DNA from: Geotalea uraniireducens Rf4
GTDB lineage: Bacteria; Desulfobacterota; Desulfuromonadia; Geobacterales; Geobacteraceae
Length of the DNA stretch: 32,000 nucleotides
Direction of reading: 5' to 3'
NCBI RefSeq assembly: GCF_000016745.1
Contig: NC_009483.1
Location: 3,990,001-4,022,000 of the forward strand
Shown here: piece by piece, positions 31,295 through 32,000 of the stretch
How the letters are laid out: every line of letters begins with the position of its first letter
How positions within the stretch are numbered: the stretch's first letter is position 1
Program-made: the position numbers and the translations under genes
The notes under the pieces: generated by a model
What the model was told of the DNA's origin: nothing
Seen by the model: the letters and a program-made list of their open reading frames with translations, nothing else
Database searches by the model: none

Positions 31295-32000
31295 CTATAA
31301 TCCGGTTATCTCGCGATCCTTGGGGTACTCCACCAGAATGCCGAAGGTCAGATCCTTCTTCTCACCCGCTTTGAGCGGAATTTTCCAGGTGACCTTGCCG
31401 TCGGTCCCGAACTCATCCGGCTTGATGGACGGGTCATCCAGGGAGACCTTTATCTCTTCGTCACCCGCCAGCGGCAACTGGTCGCGAAGGATGACAGTCA
31501 CCGGCTCCTTGCGGAAATTGACCAGTTCGATGCGGTAACGGTAGCTGACGCGGCTGTTGCCGAACATTCCGGCTTCCTTGTGCTGTTTCAGCTCTTCGCG
31601 CTTGACCGTCACCTGATCGTCCGTACCGAAGAAGAGGTCGAACTTCTCTCCGACGGCGACCTTCTTCAATTGCGAGCTGCCGGTGTAGGTGTTGCCGGTA
31701 AAGGTGTTGACCTTGCCCGGCAGGAGCGGGTAGGCGGCCCGGTTGACGATCTCGGACTTGAGAAACACATATGGCGAGAGTTTCGGAATCGCCATGAACT
31801 CCAAGCTGACCGGCAGTTGTTCGATGGCAACGACGCTGCCGTGCTGTGTGCCGTCGGAAGGGACATCAAGCGGACGTGGAATGTGAAAGGCAACGGAGGA
31901 TTGCTCTTCACTCATCTGGGCAGTCTCAAACTCAGCAGGCGCCTCTTCGGCACGTTTATCTTCTACCAGACCACTGTCTGTGTATATCCGACGTCCCTTT
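31295..32000 (-). CDS. DUF4139-family protein (mucoidy-inhibitor MuiA-like), C-terminal part; the gene continues beyond the window
   Basis: I translated the frame upstream of the track's ATG (31915) by hand to position 31999 and found no stop (…KGRRIYTDSGLVEDKRAEEAPAEFETAQMSEEQ…). The C-terminal pattern (VSYRYRIELVNFRKEPVTVILRDQLP...KVTWKIPLKAGEKKDLTFGILVEYPKD) fits DUF4139. Confidence 0.7.
   Translation of the reverse strand, partial: KGRRIYTDSGLVEDKRAEEAPAEFETAQMSEEQSSVAFHIPRPLDVPSDGTQHGSVVAIEQLPVSLEFMAIPKLSPYVFLKSEIVNRAAYPLLPGKVNTFTGNTYTGSSQLKKVAVGEKFDLFFGTDDQVTVKREELKQHKEAGMFGNSRVSYRYRIELVNFRKEPVTVILRDQLPLAGDEEIKVSLDDPSIKPDEFGTDGKVTWKIPLKAGEKKDLTFGILVEYPKDREITGL

Overview
GC-rich bacterial chromosomal window whose gene content points to a Geobacter-type Desulfuromonadales genome. 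This assignment is inferred from a giant multiheme c-type cytochrome carrying CX4CH...CXXCH modules, sigma-54 signalling genes and DUF1573/zinc-ribbon families; no search was run. Left to right: a Cache/CZB chemoreceptor; convergent pta and ackA; a 2x[4Fe-4S] ferredoxin; an hpt plus zinc-ribbon/acidic protein operon; a DUF1573 protein; an MBL hydrolase. Next comes tRNA-Arg(CCG), followed by a small decayed accessory islet: a 5'-truncated AbiEii fragment, two CRISPR-like orphan repeats, a WYL regulator plus BRO-N/DinD-like operon, and a possible HicB-like mini-ORF. A long minus-strand operon follows (tetR, tolC, hlyD, ABC permease, ABC ATPase, two SAM methyltransferases, a small membrane protein). 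Then a plus-strand locus: a small secreted repeat protein, a periplasmic OB-fold-like protein, an outer-membrane barrel, a histidine kinase, a sigma-54 response regulator and a CDF-like transporter with a Cys-rich tail. The window ends with a DUF5659-like gene translationally coupled to a 939-aa cytochrome with about 18 heme motifs, then corA, a phd/parE toxin-antitoxin pair and a partial DUF4139 gene. Most of the unexplained signal is non-coding. (i) A heptanucleotide tandem-repeat family occurs at three sites, two of them bracketing the pta/ackA terminator in inverted orientation. (ii) A 219-bp palindromic MITE has perfect 21-bp terminal inverted repeats and a 9-bp target-site duplication. 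(iii) A three-copy 70-150 nt element always lies just downstream of a co-oriented gene, and a compensatory base-pair change suggests a structured RNA. (iv) The leader upstream of the cytochrome operon is dense with repeats.
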